NCBI GenBank assembly: GCA_964479435.1
Contig: CAYZME010000003.1
Coordinates: 1-52,402, forward strand
Origin: an uncultured Oscillospiraceae bacterium
GTDB taxonomy: Bacteria > Bacillota > Clostridia > Saccharofermentanales > UBA5734
Direction: 5' to 3'
DNA: 52,402 nucleotides
Shown here: positions 28,936 through 37,667 of the stretch, in pieces
Layout: each line of letters opens with the position of its first letter
Numbering within the stretch: the first letter of the stretch is position 1
Translations under genes and position numbers: made by a program
Notes under the pieces: model-generated
Seen by the model: only the letters and a program-made list of their open reading frames with translations
What the model was told of the DNA's origin: nothing
The model's database searches: none

Positions 28936-28977
28936 GCTGGGGATGGCGCCGCGCGCGGCGCCATCCCCAGCTTTTTT
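28936..28977 (+). terminator. Strong hairpin plus T6 between the SBP and permease genes
   Basis: Perfect 16-bp stem GCTGGGGATGGCGCCG / CGGCGCCATCCCCAGC with loop CGCG, followed by TTTTTT. Confidence 0.8.
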
Positions 28978-28997
28978 CACAAGTGGGGTAAGATGGC

Positions 28998-29648
28998 GTG
29001 AATTGGGGCTTTATGTTGCTGCAACTGGCCAAAGGCTTTCTCACAACGGTGGAAATATTTGCGTTGACGCTGATTTTTTCACTGCCGTTGGGGCTTTTGC
29101 TCTCATTTTGCCGCATGTCGCGCGTCTGGCCGGTCCGCGTTTTGTCCAAACTCTACATCTCGATTATGCGCGGCACCCCTTTGATGCTGCAGTTGATGGT
29201 GGTTTATTTCGGTCCTTTTTTTGTTTTTCAGATTGAAACCGGCCGCGGCTTCCGTTTCACCGCCGTGATCATTGCCTTTGTTCTGAACTACGCGGCCTAC
29301 TTCGCCGAAATCTACCGCGCCGGCATCGAGTCGATGCCGGTCGGGCAGTATGAAGCCGCGCAGGTGCTGGGTTATACGCGTATTCAGACTTTTTTGCGGA
29401 TCATCCTGCCGCAGGTGGTCAAACGCATTTTGCCCCCGGTGACCAATGAAACCATCACGCTGGTCAAAGACACCTCGCTGGCGTTTACGCTGACGGTGAT
29501 GGAGATGTTTACCACCGCGCGCCAGATTGCCGCCGCGCGGCATACCATTTTACCGCTGATGGTGGCCGGATTGTTCTATTATGTCTTCAATTTGCTGGTC
29601 GCGACCGGGATGGAACGCATCGAAGCGGCGCTGGATTATTACCATTGA
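28998..29648 (+). CDS. Amino-acid ABC transporter permease
   Basis: Has the EAA-type loop region (..AYFAEIYRAGIESMPVGQYEAAQVLG..) typical of His/Glu/Gln/Arg-type permeases and 5 hydrophobic spans. GTG start. Confidence 0.9.
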   Translation: MNWGFMLLQLAKGFLTTVEIFALTLIFSLPLGLLLSFCRMSRVWPVRVLSKLYISIMRGTPLMLQLMVVYFGPFFVFQIETGRGFRFTAVIIAFVLNYAAYFAEIYRAGIESMPVGQYEAAQVLGYTRIQTFLRIILPQVVKRILPPVTNETITLVKDTSLAFTLTVMEMFTTARQIAAARHTILPLMVAGLFYYVFNLLVATGMERIEAALDYYH

Positions 29649-29658
29649 CGGGATCGAT

Positions 29659-30417
29659 ATGAAAATTCTTGAAATCCGCAATATGAAAAAATCGTTCGGC
29701 GAACTCGAAGTCCTGCGGGATTTTTCCCTGTCGGTGCGCCAGGGCGAGGTGGTCTCCATCATCGGACCTTCCGGGTCGGGCAAGTCGACGGTCTTGCGTT
29801 GCGCGACCCTGCTCGAACGCATGGATGGCGGGGATCTCGCGTATCTCGGTACGTACGCCGCGCAAGCCGGCCCGGACGGGTGCAGTGTCTACGCCCCCAA
29901 AAAGGAACTTCGCGCCCTGCATCGGCATTTTGGTCTGGTATTCCAGAGTTTCCACCTGTTTCCGCACCACAGTGTGTTGCGCAACATTGCCAACGCGCCG
30001 ATGATCGTCGACCGGGTGGACCGGCGCGAGGCGGAAGCGCGCGCCGAGGCGTTGCTGGTCAAACTGGGCCTGGAGGACAAGCGCGACGCCTATCCATACC
30101 AGTTGTCCGGCGGCCAGCAGCAACGGGTGTCGATCGCCCGCGCGCTGGCGCTGCAGCCCCGGATTCTCTTTTTTGACGAACCGACCTCGGCGCTCGACCC
30201 CGAATTGACCGGCGAAGTATTGCGTGTGATCCGCGGCCTGGCCGACGAGCAGATGACCATGATCATTGTCACCCACGAGATGCAGTTCGCGCGGGAGCTC
30301 TCCGACCGCATTCTCTTTATGGAGGGCGGGGTGGTGCAGGCAGAGGGGACGCCGCAAGAGATTTTCAATGGCGGCCCATCGCGCGTGCGCGAATTCATCG
30401 GCAGGCTCTCGGGATAG
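29659..30417 (+). CDS. Amino-acid ABC transporter ATP-binding protein
   Basis: Walker A GPSGSGKST, signature LSGGQQQRVSIARAL and Walker B ILFFDEPTSALD. Confidence 0.9.
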   Translation: MKILEIRNMKKSFGELEVLRDFSLSVRQGEVVSIIGPSGSGKSTVLRCATLLERMDGGDLAYLGTYAAQAGPDGCSVYAPKKELRALHRHFGLVFQSFHLFPHHSVLRNIANAPMIVDRVDRREAEARAEALLVKLGLEDKRDAYPYQLSGGQQQRVSIARALALQPRILFFDEPTSALDPELTGEVLRVIRGLADEQMTMIIVTHEMQFARELSDRILFMEGGVVQAEGTPQEIFNGGPSRVREFIGRLSG

Positions 30418-30460
30418 CTAGGCCTCGCGTACCGTCGGACACATGCATAGATAAAAAGGG

Positions 30461-30498
30461 GCCCGGTTCGTGAGCAGCGAACCGGGCACCTCTTTTTT
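30461..30498. terminator. Bidirectional terminator between the ABC ATPase gene and GH67-A
   Basis: GCCCGGTTCG / CGAACCGGGC is a 10-bp stem flanked by an A5 run upstream and a T6 run downstream, between convergent genes. Confidence 0.75.
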
Positions 30499-30512
30499 GA
30501 CATTGGCCAGGG

Positions 30513-32525
30513 TCAATCGTAAATCAGGCGGCCGTGCGCGTCGGGGATGCCGGTGCGCCGGTAAAAGTAGGTGTTGATGACATCGCGCCACTCTTTGCTG
30601 TGCTCGAGCTGTTGTCCGAACTTGGCCTGTACGCGCGCGAACACCTCGTCGGGGATCAGCCCCTGCAGCTCATCCCATTTCTTCACAAACACTTCCACAT
30701 CCTCGACGCCCTCGAAATGGGTGTCGTAAATATGTTGCAGCAACGTTTTCCCCGACTGGAGCACGTAGTCGTAGCGCAGGCGGTAGAAAAACAATTTGAG
30801 GTTTTCCGGGCAGGTGTCGATGTTGTCGTACAAGGAGCGGTTGGGCTCGTTGTAAGCCAGCACGTACCCGGTGCCGCGGCTGGTGCGGTCGACGCCGATC
30901 GCGTAGCGGTCGGCGCGGTGATAGGTACCCCAGCGGTCGTATTCGTAGATGTCCGGTCCCGGTCCGTAGTGCATGATGTTGTTGCACAGCCAGCCCAACC
31001 CGAGCGGCGCGTTGTACTTTTCGTACGTCAGCCAGGAGTTGAGCAGGATATGCGAGAGGTTATCCACGACGGTCGGGTGGGCGGAGTAGGTCTGCATGAT
31101 GAAGTCGCGCGCGATCTCCTCACTGGTGGCGTCGGTATCAAAGCACAGACGGCCATAGCCGTAGAGATTGGCACAGGCCAGGTCGTGACCGCACCAGTTC
31201 CCGACCGCGGTCGCGTTGGCGACGGCGACGATTCCCGCGTACTCGTAGTCGTCAAACGCCCGGCCGCAGACCACGTCGGCGACGGTGTTGTCACGCCCGT
31301 TCGCATACGTGTTGAAATCGAGCACTTCTTTGAACTGCGGGATCAGGAAACAGGTGTGCACGGTCCCGCCGGTGTATTCCTGGACGATCTGGAATTCGAT
31401 CATTTCATGGGTTTTTTCCATGGTGCCAAACAATGTATGCACCGGCTCGCGCACTTGGAAGTCCTGTGGGCCGTTTTTGATTTGCAAAATCACGTTGTCG
31501 TCAAACTTGCCGTCCAGAGGATGAAAATTGTCATACCCGGAGCGCGCGCGGTCGGTCACTTTGTCGCGCCAGTCCTGCTGGCAGTCGTACACAAAACAGC
31601 GCCAGAACACCACGCCGCCGTACGGTTGGATCGCGCGGGCGATCAGGTTGGCGCCATCCGCCTGGGTGCGCCCATAATCGAACGGCCCCTGCACCCCTTC
31701 GGAGTCGGCCTTGACGACAAAGCCGACAATGTTGGGGACGTGGGCGTACAATCTGGCCATGGTGTCATTCCACCACGCCTGCACCCGTTTATCACGCGGG
31801 TCGGCGGTCTCGAGACCGCCGATCAGCACCGGCGACGCGAAATTGAGCGCGATCACCATGCCGACGCCATAGCTGGCAAACAGGGTGGAAAGCTCGGCCA
31901 TCTCTTTGTAAAAACGGGGCAGGATCATGTCCAGCGCGTCGTTGTAGACATTGACGTTGTGCATGGCCAGGCCGTTGATCCCGACCGAAGCCAGCATGCG
32001 CAAATAATCGCGCGTGCGCTCGTTGCAAACGATTTCGCCGCGCTGAAAGAACAAGGAGCGCCCGAGAAAGCTGTCGGTATTGCCGGCCGAAAGCGGCAAA
32101 AACATATCCCAGTGGTTGAGCATGCGCCAACGCGCCGAAGGTTGCTGACGGATGTCCAGGTTGGCGATGCTTTTGTGGGTGGCCGTGAGCCGCAACAGAT
32201 GAAACGCGCCATACAGCACACCGACCGCTTCTTTGCCGGTGATGTGTACGCTTTGTTCATCCGAGCGGAGGGTGTATCCTTCTTTGACCGTGTCCAGCAG
32301 CGGATCGACCGTCAACGCGATGTAGGGCCCCTGCGCGGGTTTGGCGGCCACAATCTCCGGCTGGGTCGCGTACATCCCGCCGGCGCCGGTGCACAGCTCC
32401 CGGATCGCGTTGGCGAGGATGGGATCTTCCTGGGCGGTACAGTAAATTCGCGAATAGTAAGCCGCGTCGGCGGTTTTTTCGCGCGGGCTGTATTCGAGCC
32501 ACGCTTTAGTGTATGGATCTGCCAT
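30513..32525 (-). CDS. aguA: Glycoside hydrolase family 67 alpha-glucuronidase, paralogue A
   Basis: End-to-end resemblance to Geobacillus AguA as I recall it: RMLNHWD, LASVGINGL, VVKADSEGVQGPFDYGRT (catalytic Glu), WRCFVYDCQQDWRD, LQIKNGPQDFQVREP, AKEWRDVINTYF. No signal peptide. Confidence 0.9.
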   Translation of the reverse strand: MADPYTKAWLEYSPREKTADAAYYSRIYCTAQEDPILANAIRELCTGAGGMYATQPEIVAAKPAQGPYIALTVDPLLDTVKEGYTLRSDEQSVHITGKEAVGVLYGAFHLLRLTATHKSIANLDIRQQPSARWRMLNHWDMFLPLSAGNTDSFLGRSLFFQRGEIVCNERTRDYLRMLASVGINGLAMHNVNVYNDALDMILPRFYKEMAELSTLFASYGVGMVIALNFASPVLIGGLETADPRDKRVQAWWNDTMARLYAHVPNIVGFVVKADSEGVQGPFDYGRTQADGANLIARAIQPYGGVVFWRCFVYDCQQDWRDKVTDRARSGYDNFHPLDGKFDDNVILQIKNGPQDFQVREPVHTLFGTMEKTHEMIEFQIVQEYTGGTVHTCFLIPQFKEVLDFNTYANGRDNTVADVVCGRAFDDYEYAGIVAVANATAVGNWCGHDLACANLYGYGRLCFDTDATSEEIARDFIMQTYSAHPTVVDNLSHILLNSWLTYEKYNAPLGLGWLCNNIMHYGPGPDIYEYDRWGTYHRADRYAIGVDRTSRGTGYVLAYNEPNRSLYDNIDTCPENLKLFFYRLRYDYVLQSGKTLLQHIYDTHFEGVEDVEVFVKKWDELQGLIPDEVFARVQAKFGQQLEHSKEWRDVINTYFYRRTGIPDAHGRLIYD

Positions 32526-32626
32526 ATTCATATCCTTCCTTGTGATTCATTTTTCCTTGGCGCGTAGCGCGTTGCGCGTAGCGCGCGGCGCGTGGCGGGT
32601 GAGGCCCGCCACCGGCCTGACCGAAA

Positions 32627-34642
32627 TCAGTCGCAGATCAAACGGCCGTGCGCGTCGGCGATACCGGTTCTGCGGAAAAAATACGTGTTGATGACATCAC
32701 GCCACTCTTTGGCGTGCGTGAGCTGTTGTTGGAGACGACCTTGCACCCGCCGGAACGCGTCTTCCGGTACCAGCCCTTGCAGCTCGTCCCACTTCTTCAC
32801 AAACCCTTCCACATCCTCGACGCCCTCAAAGCGGGTGTCATAAATATGTTGCAACAGGGTCTTGCCCGACTGGAGCACGTAATCATAACGCAGGCGGTAA
32901 AAGAACAATTTGAGATTTTCCGGGCAGGTGTCGAGGTTGTCGTACAGCGAGCGGTTGGGTTCGTTGTAGGCCAGGACATAACCTGTGCCGCGGCTGGTGC
33001 GGTCGATGCCGATGGCTTCCCAGTTCGCGCGGTGGTAGGTGCCCCAGCGGTCATATTCATACACATCCGGTCCCGGTCCAAAGTGCATGCCGTTGTTGCA
33101 CAGCCAGCCGAGGCCGAGCGGCGCGTTGTACTTTTCGTACGTCAGCCAGGAGTTGAGCAGGATATGCGAGAGGTTGTCCACCACCGCCGGGTGCGCCGAA
33201 TACGTCTGCAAAATGAAATCGTGGACGATCTCCTCGCTGGTAGCCCGGGTGTCAAAACACAGCCGGCCATATCCGTACAGGTTGGCGCAATGCAGGTCGT
33301 GACCGCACCAGTTGACACTGGCGTCGGCGTTGGCGACGGCGCAAATCCCGCTGCGTTCATAATCGCCATAGGTTTTGCCGGTGACGATGTCGGCGACGGT
33401 GTTGTCCTGCCCCAGCGCATAGGTGTTGAAATCGAGGATTTCTTTGAACTGCGGGATCAGGAAGCACGTGTGGATTCTTTGTCCGGTATATTCCTGGTAG
33501 ATTTGAAATTCGATCATCTCGTGGGTGCGATCCATCGTGCCGAACAATGTGTGCACCGGCTCGCGCACCTGGAAATCCTGCGGGCCGTTCTTGACCTGCA
33601 AAATGACGTTGTCGTCAAATTTGCCGTCCAGCGGGTGGAAATTGTCGTACCCGGAGCGCGCGCGGTCGGTGGTCTGGTCGCGCCAGTCCTGCTGGCAATC
33701 GTACACAAAGCAGCGCCAGAATACGGTGCCGCCAAAGCGCTGGATCGCGCGGGCGATCACGTTGGCGCCGTCGGCCTGGGTGCGCCCGTAATCGAACGGC
33801 CCCTGAACCCCTTCGGAGTCGGCTTTGACGACAAAGCCGGCGATGTTGGGCACATGCGCGTACAAATTGGCCATGGTTTCGTTCCACCATGCCTGTACCC
33901 GTGGGTCACCGGGATCGGCGGTATCCAATCCGCCGATCAACACCGGCGAAGCAAAATTGATGGCAATGATCATGCCCACACCGTAGCTGGCAAACAAACT
34001 GGAAATGCGCGTCATCTCCTCGTAGTAGCGCGGCATGATCATATCCAGGGCGTTCCCGTAGACGTTGACGACATGCATCGAGAGGCCGTTGATGCCGACC
34101 GACGCCAACAAACGCAAATAGTCGCCGGTGCGTTCGTTGCACACGATCTCGCCGTCGGCAAAGAACAGGGACTGGGTGGTATACCCGTCGCTGTTGTCGA
34201 CGTGCCGGAACGGGTTGAAGTTGTCCCAGTGATTGAGGACGCGCCAGCGTGCCGAGGGTTGGATGGTCTGCTCCAGCCCCGCCAGGCTTTTGCGTGTCGC
34301 CGTGAGCCTCAATACGTGGAAAGCCCCGTACAGCGCCCCCACCGACTGCTTGCCGGTGATCAGGAGCCGGCGCTCATCCGATCGCAAGGTAAAGCCTTCT
34401 TTGACCGTGTCCAGGGCCGGATCGACCGCCAGTTCGATGTAGCCGCCGCGGGCCGGTTTTTCCCGGACGACGAAAGGCAACAGCCCATACATGCCTTTGG
34501 CACCGGTTCTGAGTTCCCGGACCGCGTTGTCCAGGACGGGATCCCCCTCCATCGGACAATAGATGCTCCTGTAATACTCGGTGTTCTCTGACCGGCCGAC
34601 CGGTCCGTAGTTGAGCCACGCTTTGGTATACGCTTCGGCCAT
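32627..34642 (-). CDS. aguA: Glycoside hydrolase family 67 alpha-glucuronidase, paralogue B
   Basis: Same motifs as paralogue A and collinear over the full length. SD AAGGAGGA upstream of ATG 34642. Confidence 0.9.
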   Translation of the reverse strand: MAEAYTKAWLNYGPVGRSENTEYYRSIYCPMEGDPVLDNAVRELRTGAKGMYGLLPFVVREKPARGGYIELAVDPALDTVKEGFTLRSDERRLLITGKQSVGALYGAFHVLRLTATRKSLAGLEQTIQPSARWRVLNHWDNFNPFRHVDNSDGYTTQSLFFADGEIVCNERTGDYLRLLASVGINGLSMHVVNVYGNALDMIMPRYYEEMTRISSLFASYGVGMIIAINFASPVLIGGLDTADPGDPRVQAWWNETMANLYAHVPNIAGFVVKADSEGVQGPFDYGRTQADGANVIARAIQRFGGTVFWRCFVYDCQQDWRDQTTDRARSGYDNFHPLDGKFDDNVILQVKNGPQDFQVREPVHTLFGTMDRTHEMIEFQIYQEYTGQRIHTCFLIPQFKEILDFNTYALGQDNTVADIVTGKTYGDYERSGICAVANADASVNWCGHDLHCANLYGYGRLCFDTRATSEEIVHDFILQTYSAHPAVVDNLSHILLNSWLTYEKYNAPLGLGWLCNNGMHFGPGPDVYEYDRWGTYHRANWEAIGIDRTSRGTGYVLAYNEPNRSLYDNLDTCPENLKLFFYRLRYDYVLQSGKTLLQHIYDTRFEGVEDVEGFVKKWDELQGLVPEDAFRRVQGRLQQQLTHAKEWRDVINTYFFRRTGIADAHGRLICD

Positions 34643-34837
34643 AATGGGTACAATCCTCCTTTTCGCGATCGGTCCGCCCGGTATTCGGGTGGACCCAATG
34701 AATGGTTCACATATAAACTATTATAGCGCGATTCGCGGCAAAGCGAACGAATCCGCGGGAGTTGTCGTCATATTTTGAAACCGGTGGCAGGGGGATGTAC
34801 AATGGTCACCATGGCTGTGGCGGAGGGAGGGCAAAGG

Positions 34838-36286
34838 GTGCTTTCGCGAAAGATAAACCGTCGCGCGTGGATCGGCGCGCATCTCGATCTGTTGACGGCG
34901 GGCTTTTTTTTGACACTGCTGGTGTCGCCGGCCTTGCTGGAAGGCCTGATCATCCGCCCTTCTTTGTCGCGCGAGTTGGTCGTGTTGGGCGCCGCTTTTC
35001 TGGCCTGGCTGGCCGTCGCTGTGACCGGTTTGCGGCGCCACGGGGTCACCTGGCGGCACGCGCGGTTGTTTCTGCGCACCGGCGGCCGCTTGCCGGAGGT
35101 CATTTTTTTCGCTCTATGGATTGGGGTGCTGGCGGTGCGGTTGGCGATCGGGCGCGGGCAAAACGCGCACATCCCCTTTGGTTATTTCGCTTTCTTTTTC
35201 GCGGTCTACCTGATCGATCTATACTTCGCCCTGATGGGCCGCCAGGACCGGCAAGTTCGCATCCTTTATTTCCTGTACGCCGTCATCGCCCTCGCCTGCT
35301 TTCGCGGGATGTTTGTCCTGGCCGTCCGGCCGATGGTGGCCCGCGAAATGTCGACCGGTTCTTTTCCGGAGGCGCAGCGCCATTTTTATCATCTGCTGGG
35401 GGTCGGGGGCTTTGAGTTTTTCACGGGGCTGAGCTGTGCTTTTCCCATCCTCGTCTACTACCGCATGACCTCGTCGCACCGGCGGACTCTGACCGTCTGG
35501 ATGGTCCTGGCACTTTTGGGTCTGCTGTTCGCCGGCTATACCCTGGCGATCGTCTTTGTCGGGGTGGGCCTCCTGCTGCTGCTTGGTTACAGCCTGTTTC
35601 ATTTGCGCGGCCCGCAGTTGCACGCGCTGTTGCGCACGTGCCTGCTGTTGCTGCTGGTGATCGCGCTGTTTTTGGGGATCGGTCATTTTGCCGGCTTGTT
35701 CCAGGCCCATTTGTATCTGCTGAAAATTAGCGACATGGCCGAGCTCATCGGCGAGCGGGTATTCGGGGTGGAGCTGGGTCACTACAATCCGCCCAATCTG
35801 CACACCGGGCTGTCGCAAATGAGCTCGTCTTCGGTTGAGCGGATTGAGCTATATACGCGCTCGATCCATACCTTCCTCCAGCACCCGCTGGCCGGGGTCG
35901 GCTCGCGGGTCAACACGGGTGACTTTTCGCAAGTGGGCGGCCACTCGACCTGGCTGGATTATCTGGCGATGTATGGCTTGCAGTTCGCGCTATATCTTTT
36001 CTTCTTTGCTCTGTTGTTTCGTCGCTTGCGGCGGATGATCGCGTCCCGGGCGGAAAAAGCGTATCGGATGACCGCGTTGGCGGTGTACACGCTGTACGGA
36101 CTGGTCAACCCGGTGGTGGCGGTCGCGACGTTCCCGGTGGTGTTGTTGTTTTTTATCACCGGCCGGGTCACTTTGCCGGGCGAAGCGTCGCTGACTCCCT
36201 CTGTCCAAGTGCCTGCGGGCACAGCGTCCGCAGACACAGTGTCCGCAGACACAATGCCCGCAGTCACGCAATCCCCTGAAGCTTAG
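34838..36286 (+). CDS. O-antigen ligase/Wzy-like polytopic membrane protein
   Basis: About 11 hydrophobic spans and a GGHSTWLDYLAMYGLQF motif resembling the Wzy_C/O-antigen-ligase loop. GTG 34838 follows GGAGGGAGGG; the ORF opens at 34775, so the start is uncertain. Confidence 0.65.
   Translation: MLSRKINRRAWIGAHLDLLTAGFFLTLLVSPALLEGLIIRPSLSRELVVLGAAFLAWLAVAVTGLRRHGVTWRHARLFLRTGGRLPEVIFFALWIGVLAVRLAIGRGQNAHIPFGYFAFFFAVYLIDLYFALMGRQDRQVRILYFLYAVIALACFRGMFVLAVRPMVAREMSTGSFPEAQRHFYHLLGVGGFEFFTGLSCAFPILVYYRMTSSHRRTLTVWMVLALLGLLFAGYTLAIVFVGVGLLLLLGYSLFHLRGPQLHALLRTCLLLLLVIALFLGIGHFAGLFQAHLYLLKISDMAELIGERVFGVELGHYNPPNLHTGLSQMSSSSVERIELYTRSIHTFLQHPLAGVGSRVNTGDFSQVGGHSTWLDYLAMYGLQFALYLFFFALLFRRLRRMIASRAEKAYRMTALAVYTLYGLVNPVVAVATFPVVLLFFITGRVTLPGEASLTPSVQVPAGTASADTVSADTMPAVTQSPEA
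36223..36267. repeat. 3 x 15-bp in-frame tandem repeat in the C-terminal tail of the Wzy-like gene
   Basis: AGCGTCCGCAGACAC / AGTGTCCGCAGACAC / AATGCCCGCAGTCAC encodes ASADT-VSADT-MPAVT. Confidence 0.85.
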
Positions 36287-37572
36287 GCCTGCCGGGGTCG
36301 GGTCTTTTCGCCTGTCAACCGTGGGTTTGCAAGTGCCGGCACCTCGTCGAGCGCGACCGCGCGCGTGTGCTGGATCTCTTCCCAGACGCGGGTATCGTGA
36401 AACCAGGCCAGGAGTTGGAGCGGCAGCCACGACCACATAAACAAAGGAAATCCCAATACACTTTTGAGGATACGCGCATCGTACCGCGCGTACCCGAACG
36501 CGACCGTTGCCGCCAACGCGCACGACCCGGCGGCGGACACAAACGCGCCCGTCAGGACGCCGGCCCCAATCGCGGCCCAACTCGTCAAACCCGCGGCATG
36601 GGCGGACAGCAACAGCGGCAAGGCCATTCCGGCGGACCACACGCGCGTGTATGGCAGCATCTGCAGCATCGCGGCATCGAACCGCCGCGCCCGCGCGAGC
36701 GGCCGTTGCCCCCGCGCGGCGCAACCGCGCCACAATGCCCGGACATACCGGCGGGAGACCTGCATGACGCCGCTGCACCACCGCTTGCGCTGCTTCATGG
36801 AGACGGCAAGTGTCACAGGCGCCTCGTCATAGGAAATCGCCCGCGGCACCCACCGGACTTGTTCGCCTGCGCACGCGAGCTGGGCCGCGAACTCGACATC
36901 CTCCGTGATGGTTTGTGTTCGCCAACCGCCCCTTTCACGCAGGACGTCCGCGGACACGGCAAAACCGGTGCCCGCCAATTTGGCGGACAGGCCGCAGGCC
37001 GCGCGGGCGCGATTGTACAGCATGCTCTGGATGCCGAAATAGATGGAATAACAACCCGCGACCCAGGAGTCATAGGGGTTTTTGGATTCGATCCGCCCTT
37101 TGGCCACACGCGCGCCCGCCTGGAGCGCGCGGTCCATTTCCGCCAGGAAGCGCCGATCGGCCACATGGTCGGCATCAAACACCACAAACGCGTCGTATGC
37201 TTCCGGCAGATCCAGCAGCTGATCCAACGCCTCCGCCAACGCGTCGCCTTTGTTGCGCACCGCGGGCGAGCAGGTCAGAATGCGCGCGCCTTTGGCTCGC
37301 GCTACAGCCGCGGTTTGGTCGGTGCATTGATTGGGAGCGACGTAGATGTCATACAATACATCTGGATAGTCTTGTTCGCGCAAACTATCCAGCAGCTGCC
37401 CGATGACCGCGGCCTCATTGCGCGCCGCGACCAAGACCGCCAGACGGCTGCCCGTTTCCCCGTCGGCATCCGGCTTTTCTTTGCACAACGCGAACGCCGA
37501 CATCGCGGCCAAATAGAAATCGACGACTTTGGGAGCGGCGGCCAGCCCCGCGAGAATCGGGTACACAAACAT
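36283..37572 (-). CDS. Family 2 glycosyltransferase, synthase-type (membrane-embedded, QxxRW-like)
   Basis: LAVLVAARNE, VVFDADH (DxD) and QRKRWCSG (QxxRW variant of processive GT2). One N-terminal and ~4 C-terminal hydrophobic spans, with size and topology like PgaC/IcaA-type synthases. GGAGG lies 7 nt before ATG 37572. Confidence 0.85.
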   Translation of the reverse strand: MFVYPILAGLAAAPKVVDFYLAAMSAFALCKEKPDADGETGSRLAVLVAARNEAAVIGQLLDSLREQDYPDVLYDIYVAPNQCTDQTAAVARAKGARILTCSPAVRNKGDALAEALDQLLDLPEAYDAFVVFDADHVADRRFLAEMDRALQAGARVAKGRIESKNPYDSWVAGCYSIYFGIQSMLYNRARAACGLSAKLAGTGFAVSADVLRERGGWRTQTITEDVEFAAQLACAGEQVRWVPRAISYDEAPVTLAVSMKQRKRWCSGVMQVSRRYVRALWRGCAARGQRPLARARRFDAAMLQMLPYTRVWSAGMALPLLLSAHAAGLTSWAAIGAGVLTGAFVSAAGSCALAATVAFGYARYDARILKSVLGFPLFMWSWLPLQLLAWFHDTRVWEEIQHTRAVALDEVPALANPRLTGEKTRPRQA

Positions 37573-37595
37573 CACAAAACCTCCAAATCTTTACC

Positions 37596-37667
37596 CCGAT
37601 CTTCGATCGGGCACCGATCTTCGATCGGGTACCGGTCTCTGACCGGGCACCGGCCAGAGACCGGAGT
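37596..37667. repeat. Four tandem 18-bp units, each an internal palindrome
   Basis: CCGATCTTCGATCGGGCA / CCGATCTTCGATCGGGTA / CCGGTCTCTGACCGGGCA / CCGGCCAGAGACCGGAGT. Units 3 and 4 can also form a 10-bp stem (37632-37641 with 37655-37664). Confidence 0.85.

Larger units (their letters stand above)
30513..34642. repeat. Tandem ~2.1-kb gene duplication (GH67-A / GH67-B)
   Basis: Two head-to-tail collinear copies separated by 101 nt. They include a 62-bp perfectly identical block (31000-31061 = 33114-33175). Confidence 0.9.

Noticed and set aside
32560-32612. Direct repeat GCGCGTAGCGCG x2 and hairpin GTGGCGGG/CCCGCCAC between the two GH67 genes, considered as a terminator or regulatory element
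   Set aside because: The hairpin (8 bp) follows the stop of paralogue B but has no U tract, and the repeat is short and GC-only. It may dampen read-through, but the evidence is too thin for a feature call.
30534-34591. Stop-free antisense ORFs of 677 aa (30534..32567) and 647 aa (32648..34591) covering both GH67 genes
   Set aside because: Their translations are low-complexity and rich in V/A/G/R/D with no recognisable motifs. The opposite strand encodes end-to-end GH67 homologues. Long antisense open frames are expected in ~65% GC genes with GC-rich third positions.
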